From positions 1 to 40,167 of the forward strand of contig SCUN01000023.1 in the NCBI GenBank assembly GCA_004297655.1: 40,167 bases of DNA, read 5' to 3'. The notes below the pieces were generated by a model. That model searched no databases and was not told the DNA's origin. It worked only from the letters and a program-made list of their open reading frames with translations. The position numbers were made by a program, and so were the translations under genes. This stretch comes from Acidobacteriota bacterium. Lineage in GTDB: Bacteria; Acidobacteriota; Vicinamibacteria; Vicinamibacterales; SCN-69-37. Shown here piece by piece: positions 1 to 8,878 of the stretch (positions within the stretch are counted from its first letter, which is position 1; each line of letters opens with the position of its first letter).

Positions 1-701
1 CGTGGCTGGCCGTCGCCATGCTGATGGTCGCGGCGGCGTGCGGCGGGTCGAAGCCGCCGGAGCCCGCCGCCACTCAGGCGCAGGTGGCTGCGGCCGACAG
101 CAAGAAGAAGCAGCCGGGCCTCGACACGGAGCCCGCGGCGCGGCCCAAGGTCGTGATCCTCGGCGACAGCATCACGGCTGGACTTGGCGTGCTGCAGGTC
201 GACGCGTATCCGGCGCTCGTGCAGGCCGACATCGACGCGGAGGGCTACAACATCGAGGTCGTCAACGCCGGCGAATCGGGCGACACGTCCGCGACCGCGC
301 TGCGGCGGCTGGATGGGCTGCTCGATCCGAACGTCAAGATCCTGATCCTCGCGGTCGGCGGCAACGACGCGCTGCGCGGCATTCCGCCATCGTCGACCTA
401 CGAGAACGTGCTGGCCGCCGTGAAGAAGGCGCAGGCCAAGGGCGTCGACGTCCTCGTCGCCGGCATGCAGGCGCCGCCGAATCTCGGCGAGGACTACACG
501 GTCGCGTTTCAGCGGGTCTTCCCGAAAGTCACGCGCGAAACCTCGGCGGTGCTGCTGCCGTTCCTGCTCGAGGGCGTCGCCGGCCACCCGGAACTGAACC
601 AGGACGACGGCATCCACCCGACGCCGGAAGGCCACAAGCGCATCGCCGCGCTCGTCTACGAGAAGCTCAAGCCGATGCTCGACGACCTCGTGAACCGATG
701 A
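1..701 (+). CDS. tesA: SGNH/GDSL hydrolase, TesA-like lysophospholipase/arylesterase (5' end probably outside the window)
   Basis: Frame 3 is open from base 3 (WLAVAMLMVAAACGGS lipobox-like signal end). It has the GDSITAG block I, GGNDALRG block III and DGIHP block V motifs. Its stop overlaps the next ATG (ATGA at 698..701). It is syntenic with a YbbA/YbbP-type ABC pair. Confidence 0.85.
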   Translation, partial: WLAVAMLMVAAACGGSKPPEPAATQAQVAAADSKKKQPGLDTEPAARPKVVILGDSITAGLGVLQVDAYPALVQADIDAEGYNIEVVNAGESGDTSATALRRLDGLLDPNVKILILAVGGNDALRGIPPSSTYENVLAAVKKAQAKGVDVLVAGMQAPPNLGEDYTVAFQRVFPKVTRETSAVLLPFLLEGVAGHPELNQDDGIHPTPEGHKRIAALVYEKLKPMLDDLVNR

Positions 702-1375
702 TCGAGTTGATCAATGTGTCTCGCACCGTCACGAGCGGCGCGGGCCCCCTCACGATTCTCCATCCCACGTCGTTGCGCTTCGAACGCGGCCAGGCCGTGG
801 CGATCACCGGCGCGTCGGGCAGCGGCAAGTCCACGCTGCTCGGCCTGATCGCAGGGCTGGATTCGCCGACGACCGGCCAGATCATGATCGGCGCCGAGGA
901 CATCACCACGCTCGATGAAGAGACGCTCGCGCGCCTGCGCGGCTCGAAGATCGGCATCGTCTTCCAGTTCTTCCACTTGATTCCGTCGCTGACCGCGCTC
1001 GAAAACGTGATGGTGCCGCTCGAGATCGCGGGCGCGCGGGACGCGCGCGCCCGGGCGCAGGCGCTCATCGACGAGGTGGGGCTCGCCGGCCGCGGCCATC
1101 ACTATCCGTCGCAGCTCTCCGGCGGCGAGCAGCAGCGCGTGGCAATCGCGCGCGCGCTGGCGAACGACCCGGACGTGATTCTCGCCGACGAGCCGACGGG
1201 CAATCTCGACAGCCGCACGGGCGAGCAGGTGATCGACCTGCTCGTGGACGTCAACCGCAAGCGCGGGCGCACGCTCGTGCTCGTGACCCACGATCTCGAG
1301 CTGGCTGCGCGCGCCGACCGCACGATCCGCCTGCGCGACGGCCACGTCGTGAGCGACCTTGCCCGACAGAACTGA
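698..1375 (+). CDS. ybbA: ABC transporter ATP-binding protein, YbbA/LolD-like
   Basis: Walker A GASGSGKST, signature LSGGEQQR, Walker B ILADEPTGNLD and H-loop VTHD are present. The real start is ATG 698; the upstream part of track ORF 2..1375 overlaps tesA in another frame. Confidence 0.9.
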   Translation: MIELINVSRTVTSGAGPLTILHPTSLRFERGQAVAITGASGSGKSTLLGLIAGLDSPTTGQIMIGAEDITTLDEETLARLRGSKIGIVFQFFHLIPSLTALENVMVPLEIAGARDARARAQALIDEVGLAGRGHHYPSQLSGGEQQRVAIARALANDPDVILADEPTGNLDSRTGEQVIDLLVDVNRKRGRTLVLVTHDLELAARADRTIRLRDGHVVSDLARQN

Positions 1376-3929
1376 CGTGCTGTTCGTCCTTCGAATGGCC
1401 TGGCGCGAGACGCGCGCCGCGTGGCTGCGCCTCGTGTTCTTCTTCATCTGCGTCTCGATCGGCGTCGCGGCGATCATCGCGCTGCGCAGCGTGATCCAGA
1501 ACGTGCGGCAAGTGATGACGCGCGAAGCCCGCAACCTGATCGCGGCCGATCTGCTCGTCGAATCCAACCGCCCCCTCACGGCCGCGCAGCAGGCGGCGCT
1601 CGAGCCCGCGGCGCAGGCGCGTCCGATTCTGGCGCGATCCACGCTGGTGCAGACGCTGACGATGATGCGGCCGGGCGCGGGGGTGGGTCTCGAGACGGCG
1701 CGGCTCGCCGAGATCCGCGGCGTGGATGCCGTGTATCCGCTGTACGGCACGATGACGCTCGAGAGCGGCCGGCCGTACTCGCACACGCTCCTCGCCGATC
1801 ACGGCGCCATCGTGCAGCCGGACGTGCTGGCGCAGCTCGGCGTGAAGGTCGGCGACACGCTGATCATCGCCGGCCAGGCGTTTGCCATCCGGGACGTGCT
1901 CGTGAAGGAGACCGTGCAGCGGCGCGGCGGCGTGTCGTTCGGGCCGCGCGTGTACGTCGATCTCGACGCGATGCGGCAACTCCCGGTGTTCGGGTTCGGC
2001 AGCCGCGTGAACTACGCCTGGATGTTCAAGGTCGCCGACGAGCGCACGTTGACCGACGTGGAGGGCCACCTGAACGCGGTGTTCGCGAAGACGCCGGTGA
2101 ACGTCGTGACCTGGAAGCGGCTCGAAGATCGCATCGGCAACGCGCTCTCGGTCGGCGAGGACTACCTCTCGCTCATCGGCTTCGCCATCGTCGTGCTCGG
2201 CGGGATCGGCGTGTGGAGCGTCACGCGTGTCTTCATCCAGCAGAAGCTCCAGACGATCGCGGTGCTGAAGTGCCTCGGGGCCTCGTCGGCGCAGACGGTG
2301 TGGACGTACGTGATCCAGATCACCGCGCTCAGCCTGGCCGGGTGCGTGCTCGGCGCCGGCATTGCCGCAGCGGCGCTGACGGCGATTCCCGCATCGACGC
2401 TCGAGGCGCTTCGGCTCGAGTCCGTGCACCTCACGGTGTCGGCCGTCGGGCAGGGCAGCCTCGTGGGACTGCTCGTGTCGCTGCTCTTTGCGGCGGTTCC
2501 GCTGCTCGAGATCCGGCAGGTGAAGCCGTTGCTGCTGATGCGCGCCGACACCGCGCCGACGGCCCGGCGCCGCAACTGGCGGTCGGTCGCAACGCTCGCC
2601 GCGCTCGCGGCGGCGATCGCGCTCGTGGCGGTGTGGCAGGCCGGATCGCTCAAGGCCGGCGCGATTGTCACCGTCGGGTTGGGTGCGGCGGCGCTCGTGC
2701 TGCATCTGGCGAGCCGCCTTCTCGTGCTGGCCGTGCGGCCGCTCGCGCGCTCGCGCCGGTTCGCGCTGCGCCACGCCGTCGTCAGCATCGGGCGGGTCGG
2801 CGGCCAGACGCGCGTGGTCCTCATGGCCGTGGGACTTGGCGCGTTCTTCGTCCTCGGCATGCGCATCGTGCAGGCGAATCTCCTCCACGAGTTCTCGCCG
2901 GCGTCGGGCAACTCCTCGCCGGACCTCGTGCTGATCGACGTCCAACAGGACCAGGTGGACGGCATCAACCGCATCGCCGGCGCGCACGCCGCGAATCCGC
3001 CGAAGTTTGTGCCGATGATGCGCGGACGCATCGTGGGCGTGACCGGCAAACATCTGACGCTGGCGACGTCGCGCGAAGTGCAGGACCACGGGGCCGGCCT
3101 GGCGCGCGAGTTCGGGCTGACCTACCGCGCGGCGCTCGAGGACAACGAGAAGGTCGTCGCGGGCGAGTTCTGGACGACGCCGCTGGCTGAGGGCGGGCCC
3201 GGCGGGGAACTCGAGGTCTCGATCGAACAGAACCTGCAACGCAACAACAACATCGCGCTCGGCGACGTGATTCGCTTCGACCTGGCCGGACGCGACGTCG
3301 CCGCGCGCGTGACGAGCGTGCGCCGCGTCGAGTGGGACAACGTCGCGAATGGCGGATTTGTCTTCGTGTTCCGCCCGGGCGCCATCGAGCGCGTGCCGCA
3401 CGCGTTCGTCACGTTCGTGACGGGGCTGGCCGATCCCGGCCGGCGATCCGGATTTCAGCGCGACCTCGCGTCCGGCTATCCCAACGTGTCCGCGATCGAC
3501 GTGCGCGAGATTTTGAAGAGCGTGCAGGACATCCTCGTGAACGTGACGCTGGCGGTGACGGTCGTGGGCGCGGTGACGCTGGTGAGCGGCATCCTGATCC
3601 TGATCGGCGCCGTCGCGATGACCAAGTTCCAGCGGCTCTACGACGCGGCGATCTACCGCACGCTGGGCGCCAGCACGTGGCGTCTGGCGTCGATGGTCAC
3701 GATCGAGTACGGCCTGGTCGGCGCGCTGGCGGGCGTGATGGGCGCGCTCGGCGCGCTCGCGCTGTCCTTTGTCGTGAGCCGCGAGCTCTTCGACATCGAC
3801 TGGTCCGCGTCGCCGGGGCTGGTGGCGGGCGGCATCGCCGCCACGGCCGCGCTCGTGGCGGTGGTGGGGCTCGTCTCCAGCCTCGATGTGCTGTTCCGGA
3901 AGCCCCTGAGAACCCTGCGAACGGAATAG
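1359..3929 (+). CDS. ybbP: ABC transporter permease with duplicated FtsX domains (YbbP-like, type VII ABC)
   Basis: The 856-aa protein has two FtsX-type 4-TM bundles and large periplasmic loops, and directly follows the ATPase. The start is ambiguous: TTG 1359, GTG 1377 or ATG 1395. Confidence 0.85.
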   Translation: MPDRTDVLFVLRMAWRETRAAWLRLVFFFICVSIGVAAIIALRSVIQNVRQVMTREARNLIAADLLVESNRPLTAAQQAALEPAAQARPILARSTLVQTLTMMRPGAGVGLETARLAEIRGVDAVYPLYGTMTLESGRPYSHTLLADHGAIVQPDVLAQLGVKVGDTLIIAGQAFAIRDVLVKETVQRRGGVSFGPRVYVDLDAMRQLPVFGFGSRVNYAWMFKVADERTLTDVEGHLNAVFAKTPVNVVTWKRLEDRIGNALSVGEDYLSLIGFAIVVLGGIGVWSVTRVFIQQKLQTIAVLKCLGASSAQTVWTYVIQITALSLAGCVLGAGIAAAALTAIPASTLEALRLESVHLTVSAVGQGSLVGLLVSLLFAAVPLLEIRQVKPLLLMRADTAPTARRRNWRSVATLAALAAAIALVAVWQAGSLKAGAIVTVGLGAAALVLHLASRLLVLAVRPLARSRRFALRHAVVSIGRVGGQTRVVLMAVGLGAFFVLGMRIVQANLLHEFSPASGNSSPDLVLIDVQQDQVDGINRIAGAHAANPPKFVPMMRGRIVGVTGKHLTLATSREVQDHGAGLAREFGLTYRAALEDNEKVVAGEFWTTPLAEGGPGGELEVSIEQNLQRNNNIALGDVIRFDLAGRDVAARVTSVRRVEWDNVANGGFVFVFRPGAIERVPHAFVTFVTGLADPGRRSGFQRDLASGYPNVSAIDVREILKSVQDILVNVTLAVTVVGAVTLVSGILILIGAVAMTKFQRLYDAAIYRTLGASTWRLASMVTIEYGLVGALAGVMGALGALALSFVVSRELFDIDWSASPGLVAGGIAATAALVAVVGLVSSLDVLFRKPLRTLRTE

Positions 3930-3943
3930 CGTAGAAGGATCAC

Positions 3944-4693
3944 ATGGTCACACACGAAATCATTGGCGACGACATGCAGGCGGTGGTGCTGAGCCTGCGG
4001 CAGACGGACGTGATTCGCGCGGAAGCCGGCGCGATGATGTTCATGACCGACGGCATCACGATGGACGCCCGGATGGACGGCGGGTTTGTCGGCGGCCTCA
4101 AGCGCAAGTTCCTGTCCGGCGAGAGCTTCTTCATCACCTATTTCACCTGCGAGGCGCCGGCGGGCCGCGTGGCTTTCGCGGCGCCGTTCCCCGGCAAGAT
4201 CATCTCGCTCGACCTCGCGCACCAGGCCGTGCTGTGCCAGAAGGACGCGTTTCTCGCCGCGGTCGGCGACATCGAGATCGACATCGAGTTCACCAAGCGG
4301 CTGGGCGCCGGCTTCTTCGGCGGCGAGGGCTTCATCCTGCAGCGCCTCGAAGGCAACGGCAAGGTCTTCATGCACAGCGGCGGCACGATCATCGAGCAGC
4401 ATCTGGCGGCCGGCGAGAAGCTGAAAGTGGACACCGGCTGCCTCGTGGCGTTCGACCCCAGCGTGAGCTACGACATCGAGCGCGTGGGAAATATCAAGAC
4501 CAGCCTCTTCGGCGGGGAAGGCCTCTTCTTCGCGTCGATGACCGGCCCGGGGCGGGTGTGGATGCAGACGTTGCCCTTCTCGCGGCTGGCCGACCGGATC
4601 CACCAGGCGTTCCGCGGCGACAAGGAAGACACCAAGCGCGATCTCGGCGGTTTGCTGGGCGGCCTGGGCGATTTGATCGGCGGCGACCGCTAG
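3944..4693 (+). CDS. AIM24/TIGR00266 (DUF124) family protein
   Basis: The family-typical N-terminus is present (IIGDDMQAVVLSLRQTDVIRAEAGAMMFM ... GEGFILQRLEGNGKVFMHSGG). A GAAGGA Shine-Dalgarno lies 5 nt upstream of the ATG. Confidence 0.75.
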   Translation: MVTHEIIGDDMQAVVLSLRQTDVIRAEAGAMMFMTDGITMDARMDGGFVGGLKRKFLSGESFFITYFTCEAPAGRVAFAAPFPGKIISLDLAHQAVLCQKDAFLAAVGDIEIDIEFTKRLGAGFFGGEGFILQRLEGNGKVFMHSGGTIIEQHLAAGEKLKVDTGCLVAFDPSVSYDIERVGNIKTSLFGGEGLFFASMTGPGRVWMQTLPFSRLADRIHQAFRGDKEDTKRDLGGLLGGLGDLIGGDR

Positions 4694-4713
4694 GACTAGA
4701 ATCACTGGATATC

Positions 4714-5076
4714 GTGGCTGCCGCAAACCTGACAGAAGCCAACCTCGCTCATTTGAAAGACATGCTGCTTCGCAAGCGCGGCGAGATCCTCGCGGTCTCG
4801 ACGGGCACGCGGGCGCTGCCGGCGTCGGCCGACGTGAACAGCCGGCAGGGCGACATGGCCGATCAGGCGAGCGGGACCAACGAAGTCGAGATCCAGCTCA
4901 AGCTGAAGCAGACCGACGCCAAGATCCTGCAGGCGATCGAGGAAGCGCTCTACCGGCTCGAGAAGGGCGTCTACGGCATCTGCCGCGACTGCGGCGATCC
5001 GATCGCGATGGCCCGGCTCGAAGCGATTCCCTGGACGCGCGTCTGCATCACCTGCAAGCAAAAGCAGAACGCCTGA
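4714..5076 (+). CDS. DksA/TraR family C4-type zinc-finger protein
   Basis: It has a coiled-coil N-terminal part and a CRDCGDPIAMARLEAIPWTRVCITC (CxxC-N17-CxxC) finger. The GTG 4714 start was chosen because it follows the upstream stop; the upstream part of the track ORF overlaps the previous gene. Confidence 0.8.
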   Translation: MAAANLTEANLAHLKDMLLRKRGEILAVSTGTRALPASADVNSRQGDMADQASGTNEVEIQLKLKQTDAKILQAIEEALYRLEKGVYGICRDCGDPIAMARLEAIPWTRVCITCKQKQNA

Positions 5077-5570
5077 TGGCCACCCTCAACGACGACCTCG
5101 CGCTCCTCACCGGTCTTCACAAAGACAAGCTGACCGCGCGTCAGCGTCACGTCGCGGTCGCCAGGCTCGTCTCGGACTACGAATTCAACAACGCCTATCA
5201 GTACGTCATCAACCGCGAAGACACGCACCTCGCCTGGCTCGAAGCCGCGATCGCGGATCTGGGCGGAACGCCCGGTGACGTCGCCGAGCCGGCGGTGACC
5301 GCCGCCGCGGGCAAGAAGAACGACAAGTTCCTGCCGCTCGTCGCGGAAGATTCGAAGTCCGCCGAACATCTCGTTGCCGCGTGGCGGCCGAAGATCGCCG
5401 GCATCAACAGCGAGCGCCACCGCAAGCTCGCCGGCGTGATCCTCGGCGAGACGCTCGAGCAGAAGCGCTTCTTCGACCAGATGCTCGCGGGCCAGGACGA
5501 CCTGCTCGGCCGCCGGATGGCGGGCGCCTCCACCGGCGACGGAGTGCTGCCGGTCCGGTGGATCGAGTAG
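5076..5570 (+). CDS. hypothetical protein (helical, no family recognised)
   Basis: The 164-aa ORF has GC3-rich codons. Its ATG shares one base with the dksA-like TGA (TGATG), and its 3' end overlaps the folK start by 13 nt. Confidence 0.55.
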   Translation: MATLNDDLALLTGLHKDKLTARQRHVAVARLVSDYEFNNAYQYVINREDTHLAWLEAAIADLGGTPGDVAEPAVTAAAGKKNDKFLPLVAEDSKSAEHLVAAWRPKIAGINSERHRKLAGVILGETLEQKRFFDQMLAGQDDLLGRRMAGASTGDGVLPVRWIE

Positions 5571-5977
5571 CCGTTCAGGTTGCTGTCGCCCTGGGTTCGA
5601 ACTTAGGGAACCGGGAAGCTCACCTCAATCACGCCGTTCAGGAGTTGCGCGCGCTGCTCTCGGACATGCGCGTCTCGACGTTCATCAGCACGACACCCGT
5701 CGGCGTGAACGAACCCCAGCCCGACTACCTCAACGCCGTCGTTGTCGGCCGCACGACGCTCGGCGCGCGCGAACTGCTCAATGCGCTCCTCGCCATCGAG
5801 CGCGCGCACGGCCGCGAGCGCCGGTCCTTCAACGCGGCGCGCACGCTCGATCTCGATCTGATCCTCTACGGCGACGCCGTGATCAGCGAGCCGGGTCTCG
5901 AAGTGCCGCACCCGCGCTTCCGCGAGCGCGAGTTCGTCGTTGGCCCGCTGCGCGAAATCGCTCCGGAAATGCTCTAA
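5558..5977 (+). CDS. folK: 2-amino-4-hydroxy-6-hydroxymethyldihydropteridine diphosphokinase (HPPK)
   Basis: It contains ALGSNLGNREAHL, LDLDLILYGD and PHPRFREREFVVGPL motifs. GTG 5558 is the first in-frame start that gives the canonical N-terminus. Confidence 0.9.
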   Translation: MDRVAVQVAVALGSNLGNREAHLNHAVQELRALLSDMRVSTFISTTPVGVNEPQPDYLNAVVVGRTTLGARELLNALLAIERAHGRERRSFNAARTLDLDLILYGDAVISEPGLEVPHPRFREREFVVGPLREIAPEML

Positions 5978-7533
5978 CGCTTTCGATACAACTCGAACGC
6001 CGGCCCCGGCCGTGTCACGCCGCCGAGATTGTTCAGCGGCAGGAAGAACGCGTCCTGCTGGTCGTAGAGGCGCGGCTGATCGTCGGCAACGGGGAATGAC
6101 TCCACCAGCCTGTAGCGCGCGCTGATCGTGTCGCGCAGGCCGTCGGGCACGGCGCTGTAGAGCGTCAGCGGCGAACGCTGCACCAGGATCCAGTCCGGCA
6201 GGTCTTCGTAGCGATCGACGATGTGCTCGATCGTGTGGGGGAGCTGGACGTGACCGTACGACGCGCCGGACTGGTAGAGCGACTCGCCAGGGTGGACGAG
6301 TCCGGCCACCGCGCCCGCCACGATCACACGATTGTCCGTCTGTCCGAGCAGGTAGTCGGTCTGGATGATCCGCGCGCCGGACGGCGCCGCGATGAGTACC
6401 GCGGCAGCCAGCGCCACCGGCTGCGCGCGCCGTTCGCCGAACACGCGCGCCGCACTCACCACGGCCCACGCGGCCGCGAGGCAGAGAAACGGCATCACCG
6501 GCAGCATGTAGCGGGCAAAGACCGTATGGCCGTAGCCCGCGACGACGTAATACGCGATCGGAAAAGCGAGGACCACAGCGGCCTTGCGGAATTCGGCGAG
6601 AAGGAATGCGATCGCGCCGATGAGCCCCGCGACAAACAGCGGCCAGCCGAGCGACGCGGGCAGCGTCACCGCCGCGTGTTGCCACCAGCCGCGGGCCAGG
6701 GCGACGCCGTGCCCGACGTTGAGCGTCGCTTCCTGGGCCGTGATGTCGTGGAGGAAGCGCGGCCACTCGATGAGCACGAACGGCGAGCCGCCGACGAAGG
6801 TCGCCGCGAGCGCCAGCGCGAAGAGCGACGCATCGACGAGCGGCGGCCGGGCGGCCGGTTGACTGAGCAGCGACTCGCGCCACGTCAGCACGCCGGCGAC
6901 CGCGAAGGGGACCACGACGCCCAGGCCGTTGTACTTGACCGACATCGCGAGGCCGCCGATCGCGCCGGCGATCGCGGCGCGCCGCCAGCCGCCGGACACC
7001 CGCCACGCGACGATCTCTCGGACCGCCAGCACGACGAGCGCCGCCATGGGCACGTCGGTGACGCCGAAATGGGAGTCGCGCGCCGGGAGAAACGCCACGG
7101 TCTGGAATCCGGCCGCGACGAGCGCGACGGTCTCGTTGCCCGTGACCCGTCGCGCGAGGCCGTAGAGCCACCAGGCGGTCAGCACGCCGAACAGGGCCGA
7201 CAGCGCCCGGCTGATGTAGAGAAACGGCGCGATGCTCGAGCGGCGGCTCTCCACGAAGTCGCGCACGGTGGCGACACCGGAGAACGGGGAGGTCACGACG
7301 AAGTAGGCGGCGTAGGCCGCGGAGACGGCGTAAACGAACAGCGTCGGCTTATTGAAGTTGGGCGGCCGGAAGTCGCCGGTGAGCATCCCGGCGGCCGGTC
7401 CGGCGACGGCGGTTTCATCCGGCCGCGCGTTGGCGAACGGCAAGCCGAAGCCGAGGCCCCACACGCGTACGCCGAGGGCCACGAGCAAAACGGCAGCGAT
7501 CGCCGCTGGCTTGCGCTCAGTTGTAGAAAACAC
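5974..7533 (-). CDS. glycosyltransferase family 39 (ArnT/PMT-like) membrane protein
   Basis: This 519-aa polytopic membrane protein has an N-terminal GLGFGLP...RPDET motif typical of GT39/PMT_2. It starts with GTG, and its stop overlaps the folK stop by 4 nt (convergent). Confidence 0.8.
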   Translation of the reverse strand: MFSTTERKPAAIAAVLLVALGVRVWGLGFGLPFANARPDETAVAGPAAGMLTGDFRPPNFNKPTLFVYAVSAAYAAYFVVTSPFSGVATVRDFVESRRSSIAPFLYISRALSALFGVLTAWWLYGLARRVTGNETVALVAAGFQTVAFLPARDSHFGVTDVPMAALVVLAVREIVAWRVSGGWRRAAIAGAIGGLAMSVKYNGLGVVVPFAVAGVLTWRESLLSQPAARPPLVDASLFALALAATFVGGSPFVLIEWPRFLHDITAQEATLNVGHGVALARGWWQHAAVTLPASLGWPLFVAGLIGAIAFLLAEFRKAAVVLAFPIAYYVVAGYGHTVFARYMLPVMPFLCLAAAWAVVSAARVFGERRAQPVALAAAVLIAAPSGARIIQTDYLLGQTDNRVIVAGAVAGLVHPGESLYQSGASYGHVQLPHTIEHIVDRYEDLPDWILVQRSPLTLYSAVPDGLRDTISARYRLVESFPVADDQPRLYDQQDAFFLPLNNLGGVTRPGPAFELYRKR

Positions 7534-7560
7534 CCGCGGACATGCTAATTTTTCTGAACG

Positions 7561-7866
7561 ATGATTGTCACGGTTTTTCGTTCCCGCCTGCGTCCTGAAG
7601 CTCAGGACGAGTACTCGCAGTGGGCGGCTCGCATGAGCGAGCTGGCCAGGTCGATGCCCGGCTACATTTCACACAAGACGTTCACCGCGCCCGACGGCGA
7701 GCGCTGCACCATCGCCGAATTCGACACCGACGAGCACACGCGCGCGTGGTCCACGCACCCCGAGCATCAGGCCGCGAAGAAGCGCGGCCGCGAAGCGTTC
7801 TATTCGGAGTACGACATCAAGGTGTGCACCGTCGAGCGGGCACACACGTTTCCGCGGGTTACTTGA
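7561..7866 (+). CDS. antibiotic biosynthesis monooxygenase (ABM) domain protein
   Basis: The 101-aa ferredoxin-like ABM pattern is present (MIVTVFRSRLRPEAQDEY...GYISHKTF...AEFDTDEHTRAW). Confidence 0.75.
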   Translation: MIVTVFRSRLRPEAQDEYSQWAARMSELARSMPGYISHKTFTAPDGERCTIAEFDTDEHTRAWSTHPEHQAAKKRGREAFYSEYDIKVCTVERAHTFPRVT

Positions 7867-8335
7867 CGACGATCTTTCCGCGCGCGCCCGCGGCCATGTG
7901 GCCGGGGAAGGTGCACAAGTACGGGTAGTTGCCCGCCTTGGCCGGCACGGTGAACGTCACTTCGGCGCTTTGTCCGTTCGGGATCAGCGGCGTCTGCGCC
8001 AGAATGGCGCTCTTCATCGCCGGCGGGATGTAATCGGTCGCCGGCGAGGTCGCGGCCGCTTCGGCGAAGTCGATCTGATTGGTCCCGGCCTTGAGCACGA
8101 CGACGTTGTGGCGCATGACGGCCGCGGGCATCGTGCCGGTCGCCATCAGCCGGATCTTGATCACTTCGCCCGGCTTCGCCGCGATCTCGGTTGGCGCGAA
8201 CTTCATGTCGTCGCCCGCCGTGATGACGACGGTCCGGACGGGGCCCTTGGGCGCGGCCTTGGTTTGCGCGGCCGCCGAACCCGCGGCGAGGACAAGCGCC
8301 AGAACGACTAGGTATACTTTCGACACGATGCGCAT
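7859..8335 (-). CDS. secreted cupredoxin (azurin/plastocyanin family blue-copper protein)
   Basis: It has the signal peptide MRIVSKVYLVVLALVLAAGSAAAQ and the C-terminal copper-ligand block YLCTFPGHMAAG. The true start is ATG 8335; the track ORF extends spuriously to 8698. Confidence 0.85.
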   Translation of the reverse strand: MRIVSKVYLVVLALVLAAGSAAAQTKAAPKGPVRTVVITAGDDMKFAPTEIAAKPGEVIKIRLMATGTMPAAVMRHNVVVLKAGTNQIDFAEAAATSPATDYIPPAMKSAILAQTPLIPNGQSAEVTFTVPAKAGNYPYLCTFPGHMAAGARGKIVVK

Positions 8336-8870
8336 AGACACCCCTATTATCGCCGCGGTCGTTCTGGGCAGTGCAATTTCGATTTCCGGCGCGCAGGCGC
8401 CCCCCGACCGGGCCGCGCGCCAGGCTACGCTCATCGCCGCCTCAGGCGGGAACAAGGCCCTCGGCAAGCCCATCTTCGAGAAGATCTGCTCGAACTGCCA
8501 CAAGTTCGGGACGATGGGGAAGGAGATCGGGCCGGATCTCTCGACGATCGCCGCCACCCGCAAGCGGCCCGAGATCATCGAGTCGATCCTGTTCCCGTCG
8601 AAGATCATCGCGGACCAGTACCAGCCGGTGCTGATCCAGACCAAGGACGGCGACATCGTGAGCGGCCTCGTGATCAAAGAGAACGCGCGCGCGGTCACGC
8701 TCGTGACGTCGGACCATCCCGAAAAGCCGATCGAAGTGTTGAAGTCGCAGATTCAGGCGCGGAAGAAATCCGCGGTGTCGGCGATGCCTGAAGGACTCGC
8801 GGACACCTACACGAACGAACAAGTACTGGGCCTGATCGCATTCCTCCTGGCAGGGCCAGGAGGAATCTAG
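8328..8870 (+). CDS. secreted c-type cytochrome (TIGR02603-like haem-binding domain)
   Basis: It has the signal peptide MRIDTPIIAAVVLGSAISISGAQA and the CSNCH haem c site. The downstream ILFPSKII...GLVIKEN...AMPEGLAD pattern is typical of the Pirellula/Verrucomicrobium-type domain. Confidence 0.85.
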   Translation: MRIDTPIIAAVVLGSAISISGAQAPPDRAARQATLIAASGGNKALGKPIFEKICSNCHKFGTMGKEIGPDLSTIAATRKRPEIIESILFPSKIIADQYQPVLIQTKDGDIVSGLVIKENARAVTLVTSDHPEKPIEVLKSQIQARKKSAVSAMPEGLADTYTNEQVLGLIAFLLAGPGGI

Positions 8871-8878
8871 AGCCGCCC

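Noticed and set aside
1251-3401. Very long antisense or out-of-frame ORFs: 1251..3401(-), 5603..7171(-), 6223..7548(+), 10476..12056(+), 12123..13967(+), 20673..22313(+), 24029..25873(-), 26496..28097(-), 32097..33983(-), 35626..37341(+).
   Set aside because: All lie opposite to, or out of frame with, genes that have unmistakable family motifs. Their translations are Arg/Ala/Gly/Pro/His-rich low-complexity strings typical of stop-codon-poor alternative frames in GC-rich DNA.
5585-5600. A GGGTTCGAAC string resembles a tRNA T-arm.
   Set aside because: It lies inside folK coding sequence, where it encodes LGSNLG. No acceptor or anticodon arms can be built around it.
5974-5977. Convergent stop-codon overlaps occur at folK/GT39 (CTAA, 4 nt) and ABM/cupredoxin (8 nt, 7859..7866).
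   Set aside because: These are real in the sequence but common in compact GC-rich genomes, and they carry no further signal.
7534-7560. Only 27 bp separate the divergent GT39 (GTG 7533) and ABM (ATG 7561) starts.
   Set aside because: This is probably just compact organisation or a mis-set GTG start. No repeat or motif is visible in the 27 bp.
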